Shown: positions 9,717 through 20,313 of the stretch, one piece after another
Position numbering within the stretch: position 1 is the stretch's first letter
How the letters are laid out: each line of letters begins with the position of its first letter
Assembly: GCA_965226495.1 (NCBI GenBank)
Contig: OZ245365.1
Coordinates: forward strand, 320,001 to 384,000
Reading direction: 5' to 3'
Source: Candidatus Marinacidobacterales bacterium
GTDB lineage: Bacteria; Acidobacteriota; Vicinamibacteria; Marinacidobacterales; DATDRI01
DNA: 64,000 bases
Program-made: the position numbers and the translations under genes
The notes under the pieces: model-generated
Database searches by the model: none
What the model saw: the letters and a program-made list of their open reading frames with translations, nothing else
What the model was told of the DNA's origin: nothing

Positions 9717-10853
9717 TTACTTCTTCTCCATTGACCGCGCCGTCAGGGAATTGTTTTTGGCACCATCTACACACGCTCTGAGGATGTGTCCCACTCGTGG
9801 GGCCTGGACTTTGGCTGAGTACCAAGACTCGACCGCTTTCCGACCCGCCATGCCGAGTCTTTGGCGAAGGCTGGTGGACTCGAGGAGAGCTCGGAGCTTC
9901 GTCGCCCATTCGTTAGCATCGCCGGCCAAGAAACCGTTTCTGTCGTCTGAAATCGCCTCCGCCGCCCCACCGATGGGAGACGCGATGGCCGGGATTCCGA
10001 GGGCCATGTATTGCAGCTCCTTCATAGCGCCTTTACCTCGGCTCCAAGGGTCGTCAGGCAAGGGCTTGATGCCTATGTCGATATCCTGGAGATCGGAGAC
10101 CTCGGTTCGAGCGTTCCAAGGGATGGCTTTTACATTTACGCCTGGCAAAGTGAACCCAGGTGCGCCGACCATTTTTAGCTCGAAACGATAGGTGCGAGCG
10201 AGATCTCTGAGCACCGGCGCGAGCACTTTCACGTAGGACGCCGTACTGTGACTACCGGTCCAGCCGACGATCGGAACATCGTTGGGTGCTCGCGGTATGA
10301 CGCGGTAGTCATCGGTTTCGATGGTCGTTGGGACTTGGTGCACGATGCGACTATGTAGACGTGCGTATTCCTCCAAGTAATTGTTATTGACCATCACGTG
10401 TTGAGCTATCTTGCAGATGGTTGCTGTTTTTCCTGGGCACTTTAGGTAGCTCAAGTAACCGTTGGTCGGGCTCTTGTACCGCACGAAGACGGCGTCATCG
10501 AAGTCGTAGACCAGGGGTACGCCTTTGGCTCGTAGCCAGCGTTCAAAGATCGCGGGGCCGATGAGGGCGGCCTCCCGGAGCAGATACACCGCGTCGTAGT
10601 AAGGCAGGTGGAGGAGTCGGGTCAGCCTCCTGAGCAATGCCTTTCCGAGACCCCAACCCTTGCGAACGAGCGCTCCTTGCCGATAGAGCACTGCGTGCAA
10701 ATCCTCGTTCTCGAACGGCAAGAACTCGACCGAGATGCCTTCCCCCGCGAGACGCGGTGCCCATTGCTCCATCCGAAACCGTTGCCCTGGAGACGTGTCG
10801 AATATACTTGGCACCATAGCTAGTACCTTGATTTCCTTGTTTTCGCGCTTCAT
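9717..10853 (-). CDS. Glycosyltransferase family 4
   Basis: SPGQRFR, YDFDDAVF, GWTGSHST, KELQYMALGIP. Confidence 0.88.
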   Translation of the reverse strand: MKRENKEIKVLAMVPSIFDTSPGQRFRMEQWAPRLAGEGISVEFLPFENEDLHAVLYRQGALVRKGWGLGKALLRRLTRLLHLPYYDAVYLLREAALIGPAIFERWLRAKGVPLVYDFDDAVFVRYKSPTNGYLSYLKCPGKTATICKIAQHVMVNNNYLEEYARLHSRIVHQVPTTIETDDYRVIPRAPNDVPIVGWTGSHSTASYVKVLAPVLRDLARTYRFELKMVGAPGFTLPGVNVKAIPWNARTEVSDLQDIDIGIKPLPDDPWSRGKGAMKELQYMALGIPAIASPIGGAAEAISDDRNGFLAGDANEWATKLRALLESTSLRQRLGMAGRKAVESWYSAKVQAPRVGHILRACVDGAKNNSLTARSMEKK

Positions 10854-10856
10854 GGG

Positions 10857-12125
10857 CTACGTCAGACAGGTCTCGGGCCTACCACGTTCCGTCAGCAAGG
10901 ATTGGTAAACGTCCAGGTAGCTGGCGCACCCTTTGTCTAGGGAGAAATGCAGATCAGCGGCGCGGCGGCAGGCCTCGTCCTGGGCGACTTGCTTCGAAAC
11001 GAAGTCAAACGCCCTCGCGGCCGCCGAAGTCATTCCTGTTGCCGAGAAATCCGAAACCACGACGCCAGCGTGTTCTCGAACAAGGATCTGTTCTACATCC
11101 CCGACGCCGGAATTGGTCACCACGGGGACACCTGCGGCGAGGAATTCACCCAGTTTTGTAAAGCAAGATGCCTGGGCTGCGTAGCTCGGTTGAAGAAAGA
11201 AGATGCCAAGCTTGAAGAGAGATAACCAGTCAGGCACTTCATCAGGGGTGGCTTCCACCGCCACGAGGTCTGACGGAGCGAGTCCTTCCTGTTGAGCGAC
11301 ACGGAAAAGAGGCGTGGGGTCCTGGCGAGTCAGGTACACGAAGCGCAGCTGCGGCAAATGCTCTTTAAGTCGTGCCGCGAATCGAAACATTTCAGGAAGC
11401 AAGTAACGACGGTTTATTGCGCCGATGTTGCCGACCACGAATTTGTCGATCAATCCGTGACGTTCCGCCAGTTCGACGTTCGGTTCGTTAGCTGAGAACC
11501 GATTCTGATCGACGCAACAAGGGATCACGGCGATCTCACGTGGATGCTCCTGCCAGTGAGGCGAGGCCTCTAGGACTTCCTTCGCGCGCTGTGACAGGAC
11601 TACCAAGTGGTCGGCGTGCCTGAAGAAGAGGCTTTCCATCCACTTGGATAGCCGAAAGAGGACCCCCTTTGGCGGAAAGATCCCCAATTCAACGCGCTCC
11701 TCCGGCCAAAACCCTCTCATGTCGAACAGGAACCGAGCTCCACTAAGCCACTTTACGGTGAGTGCCATCAGTGCCGGGACGTAACTTCTAGCATGTACGA
11801 TTCGAGCGCGTCTCTGCCTAGCTTCGCGAACGCATACCCATGTGCCTAGGACTAGGTCGAACAGTGTGGACACGAGCCGTGGGCGGGGATGATAGGTGAG
11901 GCGAGTCCACGTGACACCGTGCGACTGGAGCTGCTTGTCCAGGCGCTTCCGGCTCACGACATCGGCAAGATCGGTCTTCTTTTCGAAGGAGATCACGTGC
12001 ATCCCCACACCCGAGTCGGCCAAGGAGATCACATAAGGAAGGACTTGTGACTGCCCGAGCGGCTCGAGCAAGCCATCGTATGAAACAAAGAGTCCCCGTT
12101 CGGGAGAGTTATGTCGCGGACTCAA
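10857..12125 (-). CDS. Glycosyltransferase family 4
   Basis: YDGLLEPLGQSQVLPY, VHARSY, FDMRGFWPEER, TKLGEFLAAGVP. Start placed at TTG 12125 with a GGAG RBS. Confidence 0.85.
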   Translation of the reverse strand: MSPRHNSPERGLFVSYDGLLEPLGQSQVLPYVISLADSGVGMHVISFEKKTDLADVVSRKRLDKQLQSHGVTWTRLTYHPRPRLVSTLFDLVLGTWVCVREARQRRARIVHARSYVPALMALTVKWLSGARFLFDMRGFWPEERVELGIFPPKGVLFRLSKWMESLFFRHADHLVVLSQRAKEVLEASPHWQEHPREIAVIPCCVDQNRFSANEPNVELAERHGLIDKFVVGNIGAINRRYLLPEMFRFAARLKEHLPQLRFVYLTRQDPTPLFRVAQQEGLAPSDLVAVEATPDEVPDWLSLFKLGIFFLQPSYAAQASCFTKLGEFLAAGVPVVTNSGVGDVEQILVREHAGVVVSDFSATGMTSAAARAFDFVSKQVAQDEACRRAADLHFSLDKGCASYLDVYQSLLTERGRPETCLT

Positions 12126-12888
12126 GAAGTTCTCCCAGCTTCTCTGGACGCCATCTATCGGCGGCCACTTCCTCGGCACCAACGTCATCGGGAAGGTCGA
12201 CGCGTGTCTTTCGAGTGAGGAGGCGCATCCCGCGTTCGTCCAGTACCTTGACCGAGCGAGCCGGATTCCCAGCGAAGAGAACGCCTCGACCGCGAAGCTC
12301 GTCTATTACGACCGACCCCAAACCGACGACGCAGTAGGAGGGGATGTCGGCGCCAGGAGCCAAGCGTACTTCGGAGCCGAGGTAAACGAAGTTCCCAATT
12401 GAAATGGGGCGGGTCCACTGGCGGCTATGCGTCCAAAGCGACGAGTGACGCCCACCCAAGATGCTCCGGACGCCGATCGTGACCGCGTCCGTGAAATCAA
12501 TCCAGTGGCCCGTCGTAATTACGCTTCCGGGCCCGAGTTGGAACTCTGGTCGGACTGGTGTTTCTGCATCGGGCTCTGGAATGGAATTGATCACGTTGGT
12601 GCGGAAGATCTCAGCGTAGCGGCCGACGTGGATGCTGGCACCGCCGCGGAAGAGGTTCAAATGCCCGATGCGGACATGGTCTTCGATGACGAGCTGGTCG
12701 GTCCTCCAAAAAAGGTTGAAGTGACCTATTTGAGTTCCATCATCAATGCGACAGCTCTCCACCACCAGGGGCGAGAGACCGAGTCGCACGCCGCTGCCAA
12801 TTTTGTAGCCGCAGAGATGACGATAGATGGGCTTCTTGAGCCACCCGGGCAGAAGGGCCAACAGACAGTGAGAGGCGAGACGTAACAC
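12109..12888 (-). CDS. Hexapeptide-repeat (left-handed beta-helix) acyltransferase
   Basis: IG-type hexapeptide repeats (IGSGVR, IGHFNL, IGHLNL, IGVRSI, IGNFVY); terminal AGNPAR. Confidence 0.85.
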   Translation of the reverse strand: MLRLASHCLLALLPGWLKKPIYRHLCGYKIGSGVRLGLSPLVVESCRIDDGTQIGHFNLFWRTDQLVIEDHVRIGHLNLFRGGASIHVGRYAEIFRTNVINSIPEPDAETPVRPEFQLGPGSVITTGHWIDFTDAVTIGVRSILGGRHSSLWTHSRQWTRPISIGNFVYLGSEVRLAPGADIPSYCVVGLGSVVIDELRGRGVLFAGNPARSVKVLDERGMRLLTRKTRVDLPDDVGAEEVAADRWRPEKLGELLESAT

Positions 12889-12903
12889 GACCCGAGAAAC
12901 CAG

Positions 12904-12919
12904 TGCAAGGCATATGCCA
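12904..12919 (-). promoter_or_regulatory. Sigma-54 -24/-12 motif TGGCATATGCCTTGCA
   Basis: Near-consensus TGGCA-N6-TTGCA, just upstream of the acyltransferase start. Confidence 0.7.
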
Positions 12920-12966
12920 GCGCAAGTGCTTGCGCTTGGCGCTACCCCGTAGGGGAAACCACACGT

Positions 12967-14232
12967 CTACGGAAGGACGGGCCGAGGTTCGAGAGATTCT
13001 TCTGGCGTTTCTCGGGTCCTTTGTTTCTTGAGACCGTCAGCAATGAAGAGGAAGTAGAACATCATAATTTGCGTACGCTGACGATACGCCGTACCAGCGT
13101 TTCCGAGAAAAGCCCCATAGGCGAGAGTAAGCGAGGCCGTGAAGACCAGGATGGGCAGCGACTGGCCCAAGCGTTCTTTGACCGCCGACTTCAGGCCGAT
13201 CAATAGCGCCGGCATTAGTGCATACCATATTAGAATATCGGGCAAAGATAGGAGCTGCCGGAAGCTCGACACCGTCCATGGAAACGGCGCGAAAAGCAAG
13301 TACGCGACCCCCATGGGCAGCACCCGAAGAAGTCCAGATGTCGTCGACACGTCGGCGTCTCGCGCATAGCCCGTGTCGGCCCGAGCGGCAAGATCGCTTC
13401 GAGAGGTTTGGAGCATCTGCAAATCGAGGAAGCGGCTCTGACTGATCATTTCTTTGCCCGCAGGTGTTAATAAGAGTAAAACGATCATTGCGGTTACGAC
13501 CGCCATTTGGGACAGGAGCCGGAAGGCCAAGCTCCGGCGCGAGCTGATAAAGAATCCCGCTACGGTCGCACCAGCAATAGCGAAGAAGATGTAGAACCGT
13601 AACCAGATCAGAGAAGCCGTTGCCAATAGGTAAACGACCAAGGTGCCGAACTGGAACTGGTTCTTCAGACGCACGAGCGCCCAAATGCTCAAGGCGATAC
13701 AGAGCATCACAGCCGCGTCCTTGTAGAGTGCAGCGGACCAAAAGATCATCTGAGGAAAGAATGCGGTGAATAGCATCGCCCTTCTGGCCGTCTGAAAGTC
13801 ATACAAACGAAGGCCCAGATCGAAAATGACGACCGCTGTGAGGGCGCCAATAATACCGTTGAGAAACTGCACGAGAAGCGTGTTGCGTCCGAATACGTAG
13901 TAAATGACACCGACGAAGTAGATAAAGCCCCGATTGGCGTGTCCCTCGACCGTCTGCGTCCAGCCGGTCGAGCCGGCTTCCCCCGCCCAGAACTGGGCGA
14001 CTGCAGCACCCAGGGCGTCGTAGGTTGCGGAATCGCCCCAGAACATCGTTGCAAAGCCCAAATCCGCATGGTTCAGCCAGAGAAAAATGGCCAGCAGGTA
14101 ACGAAGCCCGACGGTGGCCAAATACGTATTGGCGACAGTGGAGTAGACCTCTTGACGATAATGAGGCTTCAGGCACGAAAGGACGGCCACGTTGGCCATG
14201 GCCGCAACGAAGAAGGCTACAAGAACGTCCAT
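12967..14232 (-). CDS. Polytopic membrane protein, probable Wzy polysaccharide polymerase (GT-C-like)
   Basis: Many TM helices; WGDSATY loop, LYKD, FAPFPW, NAGTAYRQR; located in a Wzx/Wzc locus. Confidence 0.65.
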   Translation of the reverse strand: MDVLVAFFVAAMANVAVLSCLKPHYRQEVYSTVANTYLATVGLRYLLAIFLWLNHADLGFATMFWGDSATYDALGAAVAQFWAGEAGSTGWTQTVEGHANRGFIYFVGVIYYVFGRNTLLVQFLNGIIGALTAVVIFDLGLRLYDFQTARRAMLFTAFFPQMIFWSAALYKDAAVMLCIALSIWALVRLKNQFQFGTLVVYLLATASLIWLRFYIFFAIAGATVAGFFISSRRSLAFRLLSQMAVVTAMIVLLLLTPAGKEMISQSRFLDLQMLQTSRSDLAARADTGYARDADVSTTSGLLRVLPMGVAYLLFAPFPWTVSSFRQLLSLPDILIWYALMPALLIGLKSAVKERLGQSLPILVFTASLTLAYGAFLGNAGTAYRQRTQIMMFYFLFIADGLKKQRTRETPEESLEPRPVLP

Positions 14233-14286
14233 AGACTACAACCTGTGGAGCAGAAGTGATGTCTCGTTGGACACGGTTAGTTTGAA

Positions 14287-14302
14287 CGGCACTGTTCTTG
14301 CT
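14287..14302 (+). promoter_or_regulatory. Sigma-54 -24/-12 motif CGGCACTGTTCTTGCT
   Basis: GGCAC-N5-TTGCT in the divergent intergenic region. Confidence 0.5.
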
Positions 14303-14349
14303 ACTGGCTTCCGTCGAGAGCCTGACTCTTGAGTAGCTGTGGCAACGAG

Positions 14350-14365
14350 TGCAATACGCGTTCCA
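14350..14365 (-). promoter_or_regulatory. Sigma-54 -24/-12 motif TGGAACGCGTATTGCA
   Basis: TGGAAC-N5-TTGCA, upstream of the wzy-like gene. Confidence 0.65.
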
Positions 14366-14638
14366 GCCGTTGCCCGCAACAGTAATGCCCAGAGTTGCGA
14401 CGGGATGCTCCGATTCCGCGACAAACCGAGGGGTGGTACCTACATCTCGGATGGCAAGATTGGGGGAGTTTCCCCCCGACATCGGAAGGTTGGGGCCGAC
14501 TAGTCGTATGGCAGCATAGACTATGGCCTTCAGATCGAGCGGAACGCTGTCCTCCGGAAGGGAGTTCCCCGGCTTTTTCCAGGAGCAGATCCCGTACTTT
14601 CTTCTAGTCCAGAAGATCGAGTGAAAAGCCGGTGCCGA

Positions 14639-14654
14639 TGGCAAGTTTTTTGCT
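14639..14654 (+). promoter_or_regulatory. Sigma-54 -24/-12 motif TGGCAAGTTTTTTGCT
   Basis: Near-consensus, 40 bp upstream of GTG 14694, which has an AGGAGG RBS. Confidence 0.7.
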
Positions 14655-14693
14655 TGCTTTAGTTTCTACGGAACCGACCAGGAGGGGTAACGT

Positions 14694-15956
14694 GTGTCAC
14701 GCGGCGCCCTCGCGACGAGGACTCCGAGCCATCGCTTCCGCAAAACATTGCACGTAGCCATAGTCGATACAACTCTGACCAAGCTACCCACGGGCGGCGC
14801 GCAGACCTTTCTCTTGGATCTAACTCGAGGCTTGCGCGAAAAGGGTTGGAAGCTAACGGTCGTTACCGAGCGGGGGGACAGTGACTCCCTTGTATGGGAG
14901 TTGACGGCAGCTGATGTCACGGTTCTGGATAACGTTTGGAAGATTCGCCATCTTCCGGAAGAGCGCAGTGTTCGCCTCGCAGAAGCTATAAATCGGCAAC
15001 GACCGGACGTGTACGTGATCTCAATCTCTCCCGATGCCGGTTGGTTAGCGCTGCCTCTCCTCGACTCAAGAATCGCGACGATGACGATTGCTCATAATGA
15101 TGTAAACGCGTTTTATGCTCCGCTTCGGTACTACGGGGACTTCATTGACCGCAGCGTCGGTGTGAGCCGGGAGACGCACCGAAGGATCACTGAAGAATGC
15201 GGAATTCCTCCACAGAGGGTATGGCAGATTCCGTACGGCGTGCATTCGGTGACGGAGGAGGAAGCCGCCAAGAGGTGCAGTAGAGAGAATGGCGGGCCAC
15301 TGAAGATTGGCTACGTGGGTCGACTCGAGCAGTATCAAAAACGGGTGCCCGATCTCGTTCCGATCGCCGCTCGACTGAACTCTAAGGGCGTTGCCTTCGA
15401 ATTACACCTCGTCGGGGATGGTTCGATCCGGCGGCGCCTGGAGGCCCAGTTTCAGAAACAGGGGCTTCGCGAGCTGGTTCGTTTTTGGGGCTGGCTAGCT
15501 CCGATACAGGTGAGGGAGCGCCTTGCCAACCTCGATGTGTTCGTTCTCCCATCCGATCACGAGGGCTTGCCGGTCGCCCTTCTGGAGGCGATGAGCCAAG
15601 TGGTAGCTCCGTTAGTGACGAACATTGCGAGCGGGAACACGGAGCTGGTGAGTGAGGGTGAGAATGGTCACCTGCTTGAGGTTGGTGACATCGATGGTTT
15701 CGTTGGCCGGCTCGAAACCCTGGCCCGGAAGCCGGGGCACTTGAAGCAACTAAGGCGCGCCGCCTGGGAGACGAGCCGCCAATACGGGATCGGTCGCATG
15801 GTCGAAAGCTACGAAGAGTGTATCCAACAAATAACCACTTCCAAACAAAACCAGGAGCGATCCCGCCCGCCCGCGTCATTCCCGGTCATGCCCTCCTGTC
15901 GATCGAGTTACCCGAACTGGCTCCGAAAGATCAAGTGGGCGCTTGCGGGAGTTTGA
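14694..15956 (+). CDS. Glycosyltransferase family 4
   Basis: TGGAQTF, YVGRLEQYQKR, HEGLPVALLEAMS. Confidence 0.9.
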   Translation: MSRGALATRTPSHRFRKTLHVAIVDTTLTKLPTGGAQTFLLDLTRGLREKGWKLTVVTERGDSDSLVWELTAADVTVLDNVWKIRHLPEERSVRLAEAINRQRPDVYVISISPDAGWLALPLLDSRIATMTIAHNDVNAFYAPLRYYGDFIDRSVGVSRETHRRITEECGIPPQRVWQIPYGVHSVTEEEAAKRCSRENGGPLKIGYVGRLEQYQKRVPDLVPIAARLNSKGVAFELHLVGDGSIRRRLEAQFQKQGLRELVRFWGWLAPIQVRERLANLDVFVLPSDHEGLPVALLEAMSQVVAPLVTNIASGNTELVSEGENGHLLEVGDIDGFVGRLETLARKPGHLKQLRRAAWETSRQYGIGRMVESYEECIQQITTSKQNQERSRPPASFPVMPSCRSSYPNWLRKIKWALAGV

Positions 15957-15960
15957 ACCA

Positions 15961-16929
15961 ATGGAACTAACGACCGAGTGTAGCAGCGGTGTTCAGCCTG
16001 CCAGGCTACGGCGTACCCAGTGCCCCTCTTGCGGGGACGACAGGCTTCATTGTTTGGGAGACCTGCCCGGCCCAGCCAACCGTAGCTGGGAGTTCTCGAC
16101 GAAACCGGGCCGGCTCTACGAATGTCTTGATTGCACGATGCGATTCCGATTGCCGATGCCGACTGGGGATGAGCTCCACAAGCAATACGAAAGCTTATCC
16201 GTCCATGGACGCTGGGAATACGGGGCACGGGTTGTCTGGCGGGACATTCGCCGAATCCTTGATAGCTGTCCCAACCGCTCAGTGCTTGACGTCGGTTGTT
16301 TCCGCGGCGACTTTCTAGCTTCGTTGGGAGGAGATTGGAGACGCTTCGGAATAGAGCCATCCGAACAAGCGCGTGCAGCAGCGGAAGAACGTGGGATTTG
16401 CGTTCTTGGTGACCGCATCGAGTCGTTGGAAGAGCATGAGTTCAGTGGGATCACACTCATTGATGTCATTGAGCATTTGCCCCGCCCGTTCGAGGCACTG
16501 CAAAAGCTCGTGAAGTCGCTCGTTCCGGGCGGGAAGTTGATTCTTTTCACGGGAAACACGGAGTCCCTTTCTTGGAGACTTGCTGGACGCTACTACTGGT
16601 ACAGCTCACTGCCGGATCACGTCGCGTTTTTCGGTCCTTCCTGGTTCCAATGGGCCGCTCCTCGCCTCGGGTGCGAGTTTCGTTTAGTAGCTCGACTCGC
16701 CCATGGGCCGAAGGGGATGGGTTGGCGGATCGACGAAGGCGCTAAGAATCTCCTATACATCGGCTACCACCAACTAGACAACCTTCCGTTTCTCAAGAGT
16801 ATGGTCGGCAGTGTTCCTTTGCTTCGGCGAGTCTCAGGCTGGGACGTCCCTTGGTGGACGTCCGCGAGGGATCACATGCTGGTCACCCTCGAACGGGTCG
16901 ACCCGGCAACACCGAGGTCGGTCTCATGA
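15961..16929 (+). CDS. Class I SAM-dependent methyltransferase with N-terminal Zn-ribbon
   Basis: CPSC...CLDC, VLDVGCFRG, DVIEHL, PDHVAFF. Confidence 0.85.
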   Translation: MELTTECSSGVQPARLRRTQCPSCGDDRLHCLGDLPGPANRSWEFSTKPGRLYECLDCTMRFRLPMPTGDELHKQYESLSVHGRWEYGARVVWRDIRRILDSCPNRSVLDVGCFRGDFLASLGGDWRRFGIEPSEQARAAAEERGICVLGDRIESLEEHEFSGITLIDVIEHLPRPFEALQKLVKSLVPGGKLILFTGNTESLSWRLAGRYYWYSSLPDHVAFFGPSWFQWAAPRLGCEFRLVARLAHGPKGMGWRIDEGAKNLLYIGYHQLDNLPFLKSMVGSVPLLRRVSGWDVPWWTSARDHMLVTLERVDPATPRSVS

Positions 16930-17996
16930 AGATCCTGGTGACGGGTTCGAGTGGACTCATCGGATCGGAGGCCGTACTTCACTTCGATTCTGCCGGGCAT
17001 CAAGTGATCGGTATCGACAACAACATGCGGCGACAGTTTTTCGGCCCAGCCGGCGATACGACGTGGAATCTCGAGCGTCTCAAAGCGGAGACTCGATCTT
17101 TCGAGTCCGTCGCCATTGATATTCGAGACCGTAGTGCACTGACCGATCTCTTCGACGAAAACCGTTTCGATCTAGTTATCCACTGTGCAGCACAACCGTC
17201 TCACGATAAGGCGGGCGCTATCCCTCTTGTCGACTTCGATGTCAATGCCGTTGGTACGGTGAACTTGCTGGAGGCGACACGACAACATGCGCGGGACGCT
17301 GTTTTCATCCATATGAGCACCAACAAAGTCTACGGCGATGCACCAAACGAGTACGAGATTGTTGAACGTCCCACGCGCTACGAGTACGCCAGGCCGGAGG
17401 ATCACAACGGGATCGACGAGAACTGCCGCGTCGATCAGTGCATGCACAGTCTTTTCGGTGCATCCAAGGCGGCGGCTGATCTCATCGCGCAAGAGTACGG
17501 ACGTTACTTTGGTATGAAAGTGGGAATTTTCCGCGGCGGTTGTCTTACCGGAAAGGCTCACTCCGGTGTCGAGCTTCACGGTTTTCTCTCCTACCTTGCC
17601 ACGGTAGCGGTTTCAGGAGGTTCGTATACGATCTTTGGTTACAAGGGGAAGCAGGTGCGTGACCAGATTCATAGCAACGACGTCATTCGGGCCTTTGAGG
17701 TGTTCGCAAATGATCCAAAGCCGGGAGAGGTCTACAACCTTGGCGGCGGGCGAGGCAACAGCGCATCCGTTCTGGAATGCATACAACTGTTCGAGGACAT
17801 CATAGGGCGATCGATTGATTGGCATTATGACGAAGCAAACAGAATCGGGGACCACATTTGCTACATTAGCGACACCCGAAAATTTCAGTCGCACTATCCC
17901 TCTTGGCGTATCACTCGGAGTCTGAGGGACATTTGCGAAGAGTTGGTCGCCGCTCAGCGAGAGCTTGCGAAGGCCAGCATAAGAGTTAGTAGGTAG
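16926..17996 (+). CDS. NAD-dependent epimerase/dehydratase (CDP-paratose 2-epimerase-like)
   Basis: MKILVTGSSGLIG, AAQPSHD, STNKVYGD, FRGGCLTG, GYKGKQVRD. Confidence 0.9.
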   Translation: MKILVTGSSGLIGSEAVLHFDSAGHQVIGIDNNMRRQFFGPAGDTTWNLERLKAETRSFESVAIDIRDRSALTDLFDENRFDLVIHCAAQPSHDKAGAIPLVDFDVNAVGTVNLLEATRQHARDAVFIHMSTNKVYGDAPNEYEIVERPTRYEYARPEDHNGIDENCRVDQCMHSLFGASKAAADLIAQEYGRYFGMKVGIFRGGCLTGKAHSGVELHGFLSYLATVAVSGGSYTIFGYKGKQVRDQIHSNDVIRAFEVFANDPKPGEVYNLGGGRGNSASVLECIQLFEDIIGRSIDWHYDEANRIGDHICYISDTRKFQSHYPSWRITRSLRDICEELVAAQRELAKASIRVSR

Positions 17997-18041
17997 TCAT
18001 TCGATGTTCAGCCGAACAGCGTTTCGGAGGAAGTCCACTTC

Positions 18042-19016
18042 ATGAGTGCTGACAAAGAGCCCATAGTCTCGATCGTCACTCCGGCGTGCAATCAGGCAGC
18101 TTTCCTCCGAGAGACCATTGAAAGCGTGTTGGTTCAGAGTTACCGAAACATCGAATACATCGTCATTGACGACGGCTCGACGGACGAAACACCGGAGATC
18201 CTAAAGAGGTACGGTAACCGTTTCTCGTGGTTCACCCAAAATAATCTCGGGCAAACGCCGACCATAAACAGAGGTTGGACACTGGCCACGGGTGAGATCC
18301 TGGCCTGGCTAAACTCCGACGACACGCTAATGCCGGACGCTGCTTCGAAGGCTGTCGCCTTTCTCAAGGCACATCCCGAAGTCTCTGTCGTATTTGGAGA
18401 CACCCTTTTCACTGACGCAGACGGCAAACCTCTTTACCGTTCTCCGCCGCAACGAGGCTTTTCGTACGACCGATTTGTCTTGGAATGCCACAACCCAATT
18501 CCACAGCCCTCTGCTTTCGTACGTCGCCGGGTGATAGAGGACGTCGGGAAACTCGACCCCTACTACAAGTACTTCATGGACTGGGACTTCTGGTTGCGCG
18601 TTGGGATGCGACATCGGATCGAATACGTACCAGAGCTGCTGTCCACCTACCGACTCCATCCGAATTCGAACACTGTGGCGAGGGAGGCGCAGGTAGCTCC
18701 CGAGCTCGCGCGAATGTACGAGAGGTACTTCGACCTGCCCGATGTACCGGGGGAAGTTCGACGACAGTCTCGAAGGGCGAAGGCGAACATGTACTTCACG
18801 AGTGCCGGCTATTGCGGGCGCGGTGGGGCGCGAGTAAAAGCAGCCGCTAGTGCCCTCCAGGCACTTCGCATCTACCCCGAGCTTGTCGTAAAGCCGGGGA
18901 TGGTTCGAAAGTTGCTCTATTGTTTCTTGGGAGAGACCGCACTTGCCCGAAAAGCACGCGCTTGGCGCCGGCAAAGGGCAAACTCCTCGCAATCGTCGGT
19001 AGCACATTCTTTTTAG
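18042..19016 (+). CDS. Glycosyltransferase family 2
   Basis: VSIVTP, IDDGSTD, WLNSDD, MDWDFWLR. Confidence 0.9.
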   Translation: MSADKEPIVSIVTPACNQAAFLRETIESVLVQSYRNIEYIVIDDGSTDETPEILKRYGNRFSWFTQNNLGQTPTINRGWTLATGEILAWLNSDDTLMPDAASKAVAFLKAHPEVSVVFGDTLFTDADGKPLYRSPPQRGFSYDRFVLECHNPIPQPSAFVRRRVIEDVGKLDPYYKYFMDWDFWLRVGMRHRIEYVPELLSTYRLHPNSNTVAREAQVAPELARMYERYFDLPDVPGEVRRQSRRAKANMYFTSAGYCGRGGARVKAAASALQALRIYPELVVKPGMVRKLLYCFLGETALARKARAWRRQRANSSQSSVAHSF

Positions 19017-19090
19017 GGAACTTGGACTGGGATGGGTCTGTAGTGAGGCTTTGCGACAGACCGGATGTTTCAAATCGTCCACCGAAACCG

Positions 19091-20032
19091 ATGAAAACGA
19101 ACTTACTCCCCGACGTTTCGATTGTGATACCTGCCTACGACGAGGAGAAGACGATCGAGCGGCTCTTATCGGCACTTTCCGATCAAACGGTTTTCCCGGG
19201 CGAGGTCGTAATTGTCGATGCCGGTTCCACGGACCGGACGGTAGAACTTGCGGAGGCCTTTTGCCCACCTTTTTCGTTGCGGGTACTCAAGCGAGGTCGT
19301 CTCAATCCGGGTGAGGCTCGGAACGAAGGAATTCGTGACACGACTGCTACTTGGATCGCGCTCCTTGATGCGGGCACCGAGCCGGTGCCCGGATGGCTTG
19401 AAGGGCTTATGACGGTCGCGACAGAAAACGGTGCGGACGCTGTATTCGGCTCTGTGGAGGCTACCTGCGATACAGCTTTCAGGAAATGGGCGGCCATCGC
19501 CTACGTTCCGCCTCTCGACTCAAATGGAGTTCGTATGTTCCTTGCCGCCTCAGTATTCCGACGCTCCGTTTTCGAAGCCGTGGGTGGCTTCCCGCCCCAA
19601 AGAGCGAGCGAAGACCTCGTCTGGATGGAGAAGGTTCATGCGGGCCCGTTCAGAATCGGCCATGCACCCACGGCCGTCGTTCGTTGGGAAACGCAGCCGA
19701 GTATACGTTCGACCTTCCGTCGTTTCGCTGTCTACTCCAAGGCGAACCTGGTGGCTGGACGGGGGCGGTTCTGGCATTGGGGCGTGGCTCGGTTGTATCT
19801 GGGTCTCTTCGCGCTTCTGATCACGATGGTGCTTGTTGGTTGGGGAGCTTGGGCTTGGGTGCTCGCTCCCATGTTCTATCTGGCTCGATCTTTGAAGTCG
19901 GCGTGGCAGAAGCGAGGCTCCCTGCCCTTCGAACCCCTCAACCCCATCCATCTGACGGGTGCTTCGATCGTCTTGGTAGTTCTCGACGTCGCGACGCTGA
20001 CGGGGACTCTTAGTTGGCTAGTCGATAGATAG
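19091..20032 (+). CDS. Glycosyltransferase family 2 with C-terminal TM helices
   Basis: VSIVIPAYDEE, VDAGSTD, ARNEG, SEDL; start at ATG 19091. Confidence 0.88.
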   Translation: MKTNLLPDVSIVIPAYDEEKTIERLLSALSDQTVFPGEVVIVDAGSTDRTVELAEAFCPPFSLRVLKRGRLNPGEARNEGIRDTTATWIALLDAGTEPVPGWLEGLMTVATENGADAVFGSVEATCDTAFRKWAAIAYVPPLDSNGVRMFLAASVFRRSVFEAVGGFPPQRASEDLVWMEKVHAGPFRIGHAPTAVVRWETQPSIRSTFRRFAVYSKANLVAGRGRFWHWGVARLYLGLFALLITMVLVGWGAWAWVLAPMFYLARSLKSAWQKRGSLPFEPLNPIHLTGASIVLVVLDVATLTGTLSWLVDR

Positions 20033-20313
20033 CAGGTGGAACCGGGTTGGAGCTCATCTATACCTCCTGCAGGTCAACTGAGTCGTTCGGCCAGGCGTGG
20101 GTGATTCCTCACCTATTGGGGTGGAGGAGACTTAGGCTGGAAGTGCACCGTGATTCCCTTCGAGAAACCCGAAACTGTCGGACCGGAAGTATATCGGTTT
20201 TCTTGAGGTGTGGTTCATGCGATAGGCCGAGGGGCTCGTGTTTTTCACTGAGACCGCCGGCTGAAAATGACGTCGAGGCACTGTCCTTTGAAGTCTAAGG
20301 ACCTCCTTTTCCG

